The position numbers and the translations under genes were made by a program. A stretch of 29,091 nt of DNA, from the NCBI GenBank assembly GCA_965662845.1, contig CBFIJD010000037.1, positions 1 to 29,091 on the forward strand. The letters are read 5' to 3'. The notes under the pieces were generated by a model. That model worked only from the letters and a program-made list of their open reading frames with translations, searched no databases and was not told where the DNA came from. Origin of the DNA: an uncultured bacterium (GTDB taxonomy: Bacteria; SAR324; NAC60-12). Positions 8,551-15,279 of the stretch are shown here, piece after piece; the stretch's first letter is position 1, and each line of letters starts with the position of its first letter.

Positions 8551-10311
8551 TTACATCCTCTCGGGCGGTTCGATGCCTAGCAATTGCAGTCCTCTCCGGA
8601 GCGTCTCTCCGACACAGTGAAAGAGAGACAAGCGCGCGTGTTGCAGCGCGGTAGAGTCTGCATATTTCACAGAGCACGCCCCATAACAACGGCTGAAATC
8701 TCGGGCGAGCTCGTAAAGAAATCGGGCGAGCAAAGAGGGGCGATATTGTTCGCCGGCCTGCGCCACGGTCGCGTTGAAGTCAAACACGCGCCGAATCAGA
8801 GCGGTCTCTGTCGGGTGTCGCAGCAGCGCATAGTCTGGAGACACATCGGAGAGATCTACATCAAAACTGCGCGCGATGCTGCGAATCCGCACATAGGCAT
8901 AGACGAGGTAGACGCCTGTGTCTCCTTCTGCGACCAACCAATCTTGCAGCGAGAACGTAATCTGCTTGTTCGGATCTTGATTGAGCATCCCATACTTAAT
9001 CGCCGCGACAGCGACTTTGCGGGTGGTATCGGAGATTTCGGCTTCAGTCCAGTCTCCTTGATGACTCTCCAAATATGTGCTGCGAATGAAGTCGCTGACT
9101 TTTTGCTGCAACTCGGAGAACAAAATCACGTTCCCAGCTCGGGAGCTCATTTTTCCGTCTGGGAGCACAACCAACGCGTACGGCAAATGGAAGCAATGTG
9201 CCGCCTGCTCATATCCCATGTGCTGGAGGGTCGCGAAGACTTGCTGGAAGTGAAGTGTCTGCTCGGCCCCGACCACGTAGATCGAGCGTTCAATGCTAAA
9301 CTCTTCAAACTTGCGCTGTGCGAGGGCGAGGTCTTTCGTCGCATAAAGCGTGTTTCCGTCGGACTTCAGCAATAAAAAAAAGCCCAAGTTCTGCTCTTGA
9401 AGATCGATTCCAATCGCTCCTTCTGAGCGTTGAAATGTGCCGTCTTCGGCTCCTTGCAAGACGAACTGCTTCCCGGCTTCATCGACCTCCGACTCAAAAA
9501 ACACATGATCGAAGCGCGTTCCCAGCCAGTCATAAATCGCGTTGAAGTCTGCGAGGGACCACTGTCGTGTCTCATCCCAAATGCGCAGCATGTCGGGTTC
9601 TTTGGCTTCGAGCTGCGCCAAAATCTGGCTGATGCGGGCGTGGGCTGAGGCTTCTTCTTCCCCTTCTAAGTTGGCTAAGTGCAAGGTGGCCGCGGTATAC
9701 AATTCACCCAGCCACTCCCCCCGAAAGGTCTCTGGCGGTTCAGCTTGGTTGTGATCAAGATAAAACCAAAGGCATTTGGCAATGTGTGTCCCGACGTCGC
9801 CAATGTAATTCGCGGCGATGACCTCATGACCATTGTAACGATACAACTGGACCAGACTATCTCCCAGCGCCACGTTCCGACAATGCCCCACGTGGAAGCC
9901 TTTGTGCGTGTTCGGCTGCGAGAACTCGATCATCACCCGCGAGCGAGACTCCGCTGCGTTTCTTTGGAAGTACGTCCCATCTAAGACGGTCGGGAGCGTT
10001 TGTGTCGCCATAAACGCATAGTTGACGCGGACATTCAAATAAGGGCCCGCCGCAGCGCAATCGGTGAATTGGCCGGTGGCGATGAGTCTGGGCTGAAGCG
10101 GGGCTTGCAGCGACTGCGCAATGCGTGGGGGAGCTTGACGGAGCTGTTTGGCGAGAGGAAAGCAAGGAAAGGCATAATCACCCAGCTCAGGGGTAGGAGG
10201 GGTCTCAATTGCCGACAGAAATGGGTTCATGTCCCATTCGTGTTCACCGTAGAGTTCTTGCAAAACAGAGGTGAGTTCGCTGGCGAAGGTCGTGACAAAT
10301 ATATTTTTCAT
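8551..10311 (-). CDS. argS: Arginine--tRNA ligase
   Basis: 586 aa. Class I signature HVGH (FHVGHCRNVALGD), KMSSR (KMSKS-type) motif, and an N-terminal anticodon-binding-like region GDYAFPCFPLAK. Confidence 0.93.
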   Translation of the reverse strand: MKNIFVTTFASELTSVLQELYGEHEWDMNPFLSAIETPPTPELGDYAFPCFPLAKQLRQAPPRIAQSLQAPLQPRLIATGQFTDCAAAGPYLNVRVNYAFMATQTLPTVLDGTYFQRNAAESRSRVMIEFSQPNTHKGFHVGHCRNVALGDSLVQLYRYNGHEVIAANYIGDVGTHIAKCLWFYLDHNQAEPPETFRGEWLGELYTAATLHLANLEGEEEASAHARISQILAQLEAKEPDMLRIWDETRQWSLADFNAIYDWLGTRFDHVFFESEVDEAGKQFVLQGAEDGTFQRSEGAIGIDLQEQNLGFFLLLKSDGNTLYATKDLALAQRKFEEFSIERSIYVVGAEQTLHFQQVFATLQHMGYEQAAHCFHLPYALVVLPDGKMSSRAGNVILFSELQQKVSDFIRSTYLESHQGDWTEAEISDTTRKVAVAAIKYGMLNQDPNKQITFSLQDWLVAEGDTGVYLVYAYVRIRSIARSFDVDLSDVSPDYALLRHPTETALIRRVFDFNATVAQAGEQYRPSLLARFLYELARDFSRCYGACSVKYADSTALQHARLSLFHCVGETLRRGLQLLGIEPPERM

Positions 10312-10399
10312 ACCTAGGGACTTGGGAGGAAGGAAAAGGGGGAACTATGCGCAGCGGTTGGGTCAGATTCAAGTGCAATTCGGCAGGATTCGAGGTGAG

Positions 10400-10451
10400 G
10401 CGGATCACTTTCCTCCGAGGAGCACCCCTCCCCTCTTCAGGCGTGATCCGC
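10400..10451. repeat. Hairpin copy 1: conserved 27-nt core CCGAGGAGCACCCCTCCCCTCTTCAGG (10415-10441) flanked by inverted repeat GCGGATCAC / GTGATCCGC
   Basis: Direct reading: the outer arms 10400-10408 and 10443-10451 are perfect reverse complements. The core itself can fold (CCGAGGAG / CUCUUCAGG with one G-U) around a C-rich loop. Confidence 0.85.
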
Positions 10452-10493
10452 ACGAGATCGCCAGCCCGTAGAGGACTAGCGATCGTTGAGGGA

Positions 10494-10543
10494 GCAGGTC
10501 ATGAATCCGAGGAGCACCCCTCCCCTCTTCAGGCATGACCTGC
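10494..10543. repeat. Hairpin copy 2: identical 27-nt core (10507-10533) flanked by a different inverted repeat GCAGGTCATG / CATGACCTGC
   Basis: Outer arms 10494-10503 and 10534-10543 are perfect reverse complements. The core is identical to copy 1. Confidence 0.85.
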
Positions 10544-10578
10544 TGGTTGCCATTGCCTAACGCAATGGCGAGAGCGGG

Positions 10579-10632
10579 GGCGAATCGCGTTCATCCGAGG
10601 AGCACCCCTCCCCTCTTCAGGAGCGATTCGCC
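10579..10632. repeat. Hairpin copy 3: identical 27-nt core (10595-10621) flanked by a third inverted repeat GGCGAATCGC / GCGATTCGCC
   Basis: Outer arms 10579-10588 and 10623-10632 are perfect reverse complements. An additional 8-bp hairpin GCCATTGC-ctaac-GCAATGGC lies at 10549-10569 between copies 2 and 3. Confidence 0.85.
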
Positions 10633-10645
10633 TTTCGTCGCCAGC

Positions 10646-10888
10646 TCAGCGGCCAACGACGTAGTTTTCAATCGCAGTAATGCACCGGTCAATGTTCCCG
10701 ATCTCTTGCTGCAAGTTTGTATACAGCTCCGTCACGCCGTTCAGGCGTGCCCTGAGTTCGTTATTCTCGTTTCGGAGCAACTGATTTTCCATGTTTAATT
10801 GCTCAACTTGAGCTCGCAAGTTTCGTTCCCAGTTTTTGTCACGCACTTCTCGAATGTCAATCACTTTCCCGATCACGTTGCCCTCCAT
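10646..10888 (-). CDS. Hypothetical small coiled-coil protein (80 aa)
   Basis: ATG with AAGG 7 nt upstream. Strongly heptad-like central region LRAQVEQLNMENQLLRNENNELRARL. Lies 12 nt downstream of the RHH gene on the same strand. No recognisable family. Confidence 0.5.
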   Translation of the reverse strand: MEGNVIGKVIDIREVRDKNWERNLRAQVEQLNMENQLLRNENNELRARLNGVTELYTNLQQEIGNIDRCITAIENYVVGR

Positions 10889-10900
10889 GTGCCTTGAGAG

Positions 10901-11080
10901 TTAGGATTCCTCTTCTCTAACAGAACCACGCTGGCCTTCAAAACGAACGAGTAGCTCATCGACGGCCTGCAAAATAATGTCTGACCGTTTCCGGCCAGTG
11001 CGATCGCATTCTTCCTGCAATCTCGTGAGCAAGATCTTCGGTATCTTTACCGCAATTTGCTCACGTTTTTCTGGTGGCAT
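10901..11080 (-). CDS. Ribbon-helix-helix (CopG/Arc-type) DNA-binding protein, 59 aa
   Basis: MPPEKREQIAVKIPKILLTRLQEECDRTGRKRSDIILQAVDELL fits the beta-strand plus two-helix RHH pattern (KxxVxIP...L...A....G.S.S.....A). Internal ATG at 11080 has a strong GGAGGA SD 5 nt upstream. The longer ORF-track start at 11149 lacks an SD. Confidence 0.65.
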   Translation of the reverse strand: MPPEKREQIAVKIPKILLTRLQEECDRTGRKRSDIILQAVDELLVRFEGQRGSVREEES

Positions 11081-11159
11081 ATTCCTCCTCGGGAACCCAT
11101 TTGTTATCGCCGCGGTCTCATGTACCGAACGTGAACAGAAACCTAACATAAGATTTTTG

Positions 11160-11176
11160 GATATTCAACGAATATC
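11160..11176. promoter_or_regulatory. 17-bp perfect palindrome GATATTC-AAC-GAATATC in AT-rich divergent intergenic region; candidate operator, possibly for the adjacent RHH protein
   Basis: Perfect 7-bp inverted repeat with 3-nt spacer. It is flanked by direct repeats ATTTTTGG at 11153-11160 and 11192-11199. It sits ~85 nt upstream of the RHH start and ~105 nt upstream of the mce start. The region 11081-11279 is markedly AT-rich relative to the window. Confidence 0.35.
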
Positions 11177-11279
11177 TTTTTGTGGATGTATTTTTTGGCG
11201 GGCAGTTTTAACTTGTGGTTTGAACGGATCTTTCATGGATTTCCTCCTTTTTCTGCACCACCAACCAAGGAAAATTGAC

Positions 11280-11759
11280 ATGAACCATCCCGTTGCCGAA
11301 CAAATTCCCGGATTCCAGTTTGTAGATCACATCGCGATTGCGGTCTTGCCCGGAACCCTAGACGCACAAGTAAAGGCCTATGAACAGATGGGCTTTCAAG
11401 AGGTGCATCGGGAGGAAATTGCAGGAGTCGACCAAGTGCGAGAGGCACTTTTGCGTATTGGCGACAGCGAAAACTTAATTCAATTGCTCGAACCGCTGAA
11501 CGCCGAGTCTCCTGTACAAAAAATGATTGATCGGCAAGGAGGAAGAGGAGGGCTCGCACACGTCGGGTTTCGCGTAAAAAATGCCCAAATCGCCTATCAG
11601 TATTTGCAAGAGCAAGGCTTTCGCCTCATCGACAAAGCGCCGCGACCCGGCTCACGGGGCACGACCGTCTTCTTTGTACACCCCAAATCTCGCGAAGACG
11701 CGCCCTTCGGAGTCCTCTTTGAAGTCGTGGAAGACCCCAATGCCGAGGCCCACGCATGA
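11280..11759 (+). CDS. mce: Methylmalonyl-CoA epimerase / VOC (glyoxalase-fold) family protein
   Basis: 159 aa from ATG 11280, with AAGGAAA SD 8 nt upstream. Motifs IDHIAIAV...LAHVGFRV...VFFVHPK..FGVLFE typical of the paired beta-alpha-beta-beta-beta VOC epimerase. Its stop overlaps the galE start (ATGA). Confidence 0.8.
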   Translation: MNHPVAEQIPGFQFVDHIAIAVLPGTLDAQVKAYEQMGFQEVHREEIAGVDQVREALLRIGDSENLIQLLEPLNAESPVQKMIDRQGGRGGLAHVGFRVKNAQIAYQYLQEQGFRLIDKAPRPGSRGTTVFFVHPKSREDAPFGVLFEVVEDPNAEAHA

Positions 11760-12724
11760 GCTTGCGAATTCTTGTGGTCGGTGGGGCAGGCTACATTGGT
11801 AGCCACGTCACCAAAGCGCTGCGGCAAGCGGGACACACCCCGATTGTCTTTGACAACTTGCGAAGCGGGAAGCAGGTCAATCTACTGGAAGGGATCGCGT
11901 TTCAGCATGGAGATTTGTTGCTCCCCGATACGCTACGAGGAGTCTTGGAAGGAGTCGACGGGCTGATCCATCTGGCGGCGCTCAAAGCTGCTGGCGAATC
12001 GATGCAAACTCCCGAACGCTACGCTCAGCACAACATCAGCGGAACCATTCACTTGCTCAACGCCGCCCTAGAAGCCAACGTGAAGTTTGTCGTCTTCTCA
12101 TCGACGGCTGCCGTTTATGGTGACCCCCAATACGTGCCGATGGATGAAAAGCATCCCACACAACCCGCCAACTTTTACGGCCACACAAAGCTCGCAATCG
12201 AGGAGCTGTTGCGATGGTATGCCACGCTGCGTGGGTTGCGCTATGCCGCGCTCCGCTACTTCAATGCGGCAGGTTATGATGTGGACGGCGAGATCAACGG
12301 ACTAGAGACACAACCGGCGAACCTCCTCCCCATCGTCATGGAAGCTGTGACCGGACGCCGAGCCAGCGTGGAAGTTTTCGGCACAGATTACGAGACGCCT
12401 GACGGTTCCTGCATCCGCGACTACATCCATGTTAACGACCTTGCCGAGGGTCACGTCCGTGCGCTGGAATACCTACAACGCAACGCAGACAACCTTGTCC
12501 TCAATCTCGGAACCTCAAACGGGCTAAGCGTCTTGGAGGTTCTGGAGAAAACTCGGGAGCTCTCAGGGGTGGAGTTTTCTGTGCGGCGTGGCCCCAGACG
12601 CGAGGGAGACCCTGCCGTCGTCTTAGCGACCTCTGCTAAGGCGCAGTCGTTGCTCAACTGGACTCCGCAGCACAGCGACATCACGACGCTCATCCAGACG
12701 ATGCTCCGTGCCTATGGTCACTGA
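11756..12724 (+). CDS. galE: UDP-glucose 4-epimerase
   Basis: N-terminal VVGGAGYIGSH NAD-binding motif, catalytic YGHTK (YxxxK), ~320 aa extended SDR. Strong full-length resemblance to GalE. Confidence 0.9.
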   Translation: MSLRILVVGGAGYIGSHVTKALRQAGHTPIVFDNLRSGKQVNLLEGIAFQHGDLLLPDTLRGVLEGVDGLIHLAALKAAGESMQTPERYAQHNISGTIHLLNAALEANVKFVVFSSTAAVYGDPQYVPMDEKHPTQPANFYGHTKLAIEELLRWYATLRGLRYAALRYFNAAGYDVDGEINGLETQPANLLPIVMEAVTGRRASVEVFGTDYETPDGSCIRDYIHVNDLAEGHVRALEYLQRNADNLVLNLGTSNGLSVLEVLEKTRELSGVEFSVRRGPRREGDPAVVLATSAKAQSLLNWTPQHSDITTLIQTMLRAYGH

Positions 12725-12793
12725 ACCTTCTCTTCCAAACCCCCGCTGACATCGAAGCTCGCACACAGGCCCCCTCAAGCACCGCAGCGCTGT

Positions 12794-13795
12794 TCAGGAC
12801 GGAAGCTGACGCTCTTGATAGAGCTTGCGTGTGATCTGCTGCAGGTGGCGCGCGCTGTCCGGAATCGGCTGATCCCAGAGCTTAATGATGCGCTTCGCGA
12901 GACGAATGATGTCTTGGGCCGCATAAGATTTGGGGTTGTGCTTCATCAACGCCGTCTTCTTGCGTACGGCGTCCACAACCGCTCGATCTTCTGGCACAAA
13001 CCCGATGTAGTCGACTTCAAGCTCCAACATGAAGCGCAGCGTCCGATCCAACACAGTGAGGATTTCTAAGTCATCTGGGCTCATGCCAACATTGAACACC
13101 AGCCGAGGACGGAACTGACGCCACACCGCGCGCAATTTTGCCGCGACTTGGGGGTCGAGTTCATTCACAAACTCTTGCACACCGGCAACATTGTAATCAC
13201 TGATCTCTACAGGCGTGATGTAAAGTTCGTGCAGACGCTTGCGGAGTTCTCGATTGACCGGCAGCGCGTGCTCCATCACGCGAAACGCGAGATTTTTCAA
13301 AAACGCGATCATGTTCGTGACCGCCGTATATTCCGGCGTCGTGACCAACAGCCCCTTTGGCGAGATGCGGAAAAAATCTAGCGTTAAAAAAGAACTCCCG
13401 GCTCCGAGATCCAGCAGAATGTAGTCCGCCTGCAGCTTCCGGATTTCATGCATCAAGCGCATCTGTTGGGCAGGCGTGATGTTCGCCATAAACGGATTGC
13501 CCGCGTCGCCAGCGATCAGGCTCAGGTTGGCATACGGGGTCTGCGTTTGGCATTCAGCTAGACTTTTGGGGCCGCCTCGCAGAAAGTCAGCCACTCCCTT
13601 GGTCGTGCTCAGCAACCCGAGATAGGAGTGCAAGTTCGCTGCGCCAAGGTCTAAATCAATGGCAATGGTCCGATATCCCAAGCGGGCCAGAACAAGCGCT
13701 AAGTTCGCTGAGATCAGGCTTTTGCCGACGCCGCCCTTCCCCCCAGCAATTGGAATGATTGTTGCGGATGACTTGGTGTTGGTTGCAGAGTTCAT
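12794..13795 (-). CDS. MinD/ParA-family deviant Walker A ATPase (paralog 1)
   Basis: Deviant Walker A AGGKGGVGKS with signature lysine, then DLDLGAANL and hydrophobic-DLGAG motifs (Walker A' and B). The start is uncertain. The ORF-track start at 13837 is a TTG. The first ATG (13795, MNSATNTKSSATIIPIAGGKGG) is used here. Confidence 0.8.
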   Translation of the reverse strand: MNSATNTKSSATIIPIAGGKGGVGKSLISANLALVLARLGYRTIAIDLDLGAANLHSYLGLLSTTKGVADFLRGGPKSLAECQTQTPYANLSLIAGDAGNPFMANITPAQQMRLMHEIRKLQADYILLDLGAGSSFLTLDFFRISPKGLLVTTPEYTAVTNMIAFLKNLAFRVMEHALPVNRELRKRLHELYITPVEISDYNVAGVQEFVNELDPQVAAKLRAVWRQFRPRLVFNVGMSPDDLEILTVLDRTLRFMLELEVDYIGFVPEDRAVVDAVRKKTALMKHNPKSYAAQDIIRLAKRIIKLWDQPIPDSARHLQQITRKLYQERQLPS

Positions 13796-13879
13796 GGACT
13801 TCGCTACTGAAAGGTTGGGGAACTGGAGCGCGCACAAGGTGGAGCGGGCGCAGAAGCTTTTTCTTCAAAAGGACGCAGT

Positions 13880-14824
13880 ATGACGACGATCATTCCCGTG
13901 GCAAGCGGCAAAGGAGGGGTGGGCAAGAGCCTCATCACCGCCAATCTTTCGATGGCCCTAGCCGAACTGGGCTATCAGGTGGTCGCCGCAGATCTCGATT
14001 TCGGAGGCGCCAATCTACATTCGTATTTGGGACTCAAAAACAACAACCCGGGCATCGGCGAGTTTCTGATGGGGCGCGTCCCGCGCTTGGATGACCTGCT
14101 CGTGAATACGAGTCACCAGCATGTGCACTTCTTACCGGGAGAAGGGACCACTCCCTTCCTCGCCAACATGAACGTCGCGCAGCGCATCCGACTGGCGCAA
14201 AACCTCCGCAAACTTCCCGCCGACTTCCTGTTGCTCGATCTCAGTGGGGGGAGCGCCAACCAAACCTTGGACTTTTTTGCCATGTCGCCCCGTAGTTTGC
14301 TGGTGTCGCGGGCAGACACACCATCTTTGATGAATCTGCTCGGATTTTTGAAGCAGCTCGCGTTTCGTCGCATTGAGCACTTCTTGCCGCGCAATCTGGA
14401 GCTGCAAAATGCTGTAAAGCAGTTGCTGTTCCAACCGATTAACGTCAAGCCCGCAGTGACTGTACAAAGAATTTACCAAACGATTGGAGAGTATGATCCA
14501 AACGTCGCGCGACGCGTGGCCGACCGCTGGACGCAGCTGAAACCCCGTGTGCTGTGCAACCAAGTTGGGCGCCCCGAAGACATGAACATCTGGAAACAAG
14601 TCCAAACGCTGGGACAAGAGCGCTTGCAGCTGGATCTTCAGTGCTGGGCAGAATTTGGTTTTGATGAAGATGTGAACGAAGCCTTGCGCGATCAAATCCC
14701 CCTATTTCAGTCCACTTATGGGGACGCTTTTATCACGCAGATGCTGGAGCTGGCTGATCGGATCGCATCCGAGTGGACGCTGCCTTCGCCCAAACAGCTC
14801 GCGAACGCTTCTCTTACAAGATAG
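13880..14824 (+). CDS. MinD/ParA-family deviant Walker A ATPase (paralog 2)
   Basis: ASGKGGVGKS deviant Walker A. ~60-75% local identity to the divergently encoded paralog (IIPxAxGKGGVGKSLIxANL...LGY...DLD.GGANLHSYLGL...LLLDLxxGS...TLDFF). AAGGA SD 8 nt upstream. It ends 184 nt before gvpA. Confidence 0.85.
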   Translation: MTTIIPVASGKGGVGKSLITANLSMALAELGYQVVAADLDFGGANLHSYLGLKNNNPGIGEFLMGRVPRLDDLLVNTSHQHVHFLPGEGTTPFLANMNVAQRIRLAQNLRKLPADFLLLDLSGGSANQTLDFFAMSPRSLLVSRADTPSLMNLLGFLKQLAFRRIEHFLPRNLELQNAVKQLLFQPINVKPAVTVQRIYQTIGEYDPNVARRVADRWTQLKPRVLCNQVGRPEDMNIWKQVQTLGQERLQLDLQCWAEFGFDEDVNEALRDQIPLFQSTYGDAFITQMLELADRIASEWTLPSPKQLANASLTR

Positions 14825-15008
14825 CCGGTCATCTCCAAATTCTTGGTGTGTAAACAGAAGGTGAAACGAACGGCACGCTCAGGTACTCTTTGTGCACATC
14901 CTCGTCGTGGAAGTCTGTCAGGTTGTGCAGATGTTTTCTGATAAAGGGCTGTCACTGAGCTTCCACTCACTCTCTTCTAATCCTTCAATAGTCGTCCAGG
15001 AGTAAGAC

Positions 15009-15218
15009 ATGGCTACCGTAGCTAACACCACCAATTCCTCAAGCCTTGCAGAAGTAGTTGACCGCGTGCTGGACAAAGGCATCGTGATTGATGCGTTTGC
15101 GAAAGTATCCCTCGTGGGGATTGAACTGCTCTCCATCGAAGCTCGCGTTGTTGTAGCTTCTGTTGAAACCTACCTAAAGTACGCTGAAGCCATCGGTCTG
15201 ACCCAGACTGCTGCCTGA
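15009..15218 (+). CDS. gvpA: Gas vesicle structural protein GvpA
   Basis: 69 aa; [56 protein letters not shown] is the hallmark GvpA sequence, closest to cyanobacterial GvpA. AGGAG SD 8 nt upstream. Confidence 0.97.
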   Translation: MATVANTTNSSSLAEVVDRVLDKGIVIDAFAKVSLVGIELLSIEARVVVASVETYLKYAEAIGLTQTAA

Positions 15219-15224
15219 TGATTC

Positions 15225-15249
15225 AGTCTCCGTTCTTGCAACGGAGACT
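15225..15249 (+). terminator. Perfect 10-bp stem / 5-nt loop hairpin between gvpA and the gvpC-like gene; candidate attenuator/partial terminator
   Basis: AGTCTCCGTT-cttgc-AACGGAGACT lies 7 nt after the gvpA stop, followed by a C/T-rich tract. High gvpA-to-downstream transcript ratios enforced by such hairpins are known for cyanobacterial gvp operons. Confidence 0.45.
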
Positions 15250-15279
15250 CGCCCCCTCCTTCTTTCCACCTGAGGTCTT

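Noticed and set aside
8584-9375. 263-aa antisense ORF inside argS; similar long ORFs antisense to rlmKL (6215..6811), the second ParA (14132..14695), the gvpN genes (16809..17165, 18788..19327) and the giant gene (26492..27172, 26502..27278)
   Set aside because: They are typical open frames opposite real genes in GC-rich DNA. They have Arg/Pro/Ala-rich low-complexity translations and no motifs. The sense-strand genes have unambiguous homology.
10347-10538. 63-aa + strand ORF with a GGGGGA sequence 4 nt upstream that runs through hairpin copies 1 and 2
   Set aside because: The two repeat copies are translated in different reading frames (RGAPLPSSG vs SEEHPSPLQA), so the repeat conservation is at nucleotide level, not protein level. 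The ORF has low-complexity composition.
10415-10621. The three identical 27-nt repeats separated by 61-65-nt unique sequence could be read as a mini CRISPR array
   Set aside because: There are only three copies. The spacer ends on either side of each repeat are mutually complementary and form stems across the repeat, which CRISPR spacers do not do. The spacers are longer than typical and no cas genes are nearby. It is better explained as a structured hairpin array.
11000-11007. Cyanobacterial HIP1 octamer GCGATCGC as a taxonomic marker
   Set aside because: Only one exact copy was found in 29 kb, far below the density in HIP1-rich cyanobacteria. It is not usable as evidence either way.
10977-11279. 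N-terminal 100 aa of the 260-aa ORF 10977..11759
   Set aside because: It overlaps the RHH gene on the opposite strand and has no VOC-family similarity. Homology to methylmalonyl-CoA epimerase begins at the internal ATG (11280), which has an SD.
13796-13837. Longest-ORF start (TTG at 13837) for the minus-strand MinD/ParA paralog
   Set aside because: It would leave only 42 nt between divergent starts. The first ATG at 13795 gives an N-terminus of similar length to the paralog; the TTG has no better support.
14716-14970. 84-aa minus-strand ORF in the ParA2-gvpA intergenic region
   Set aside because: It overlaps the 3' end of the ParA-like gene and the likely gvpA promoter, and has no SD or motifs.
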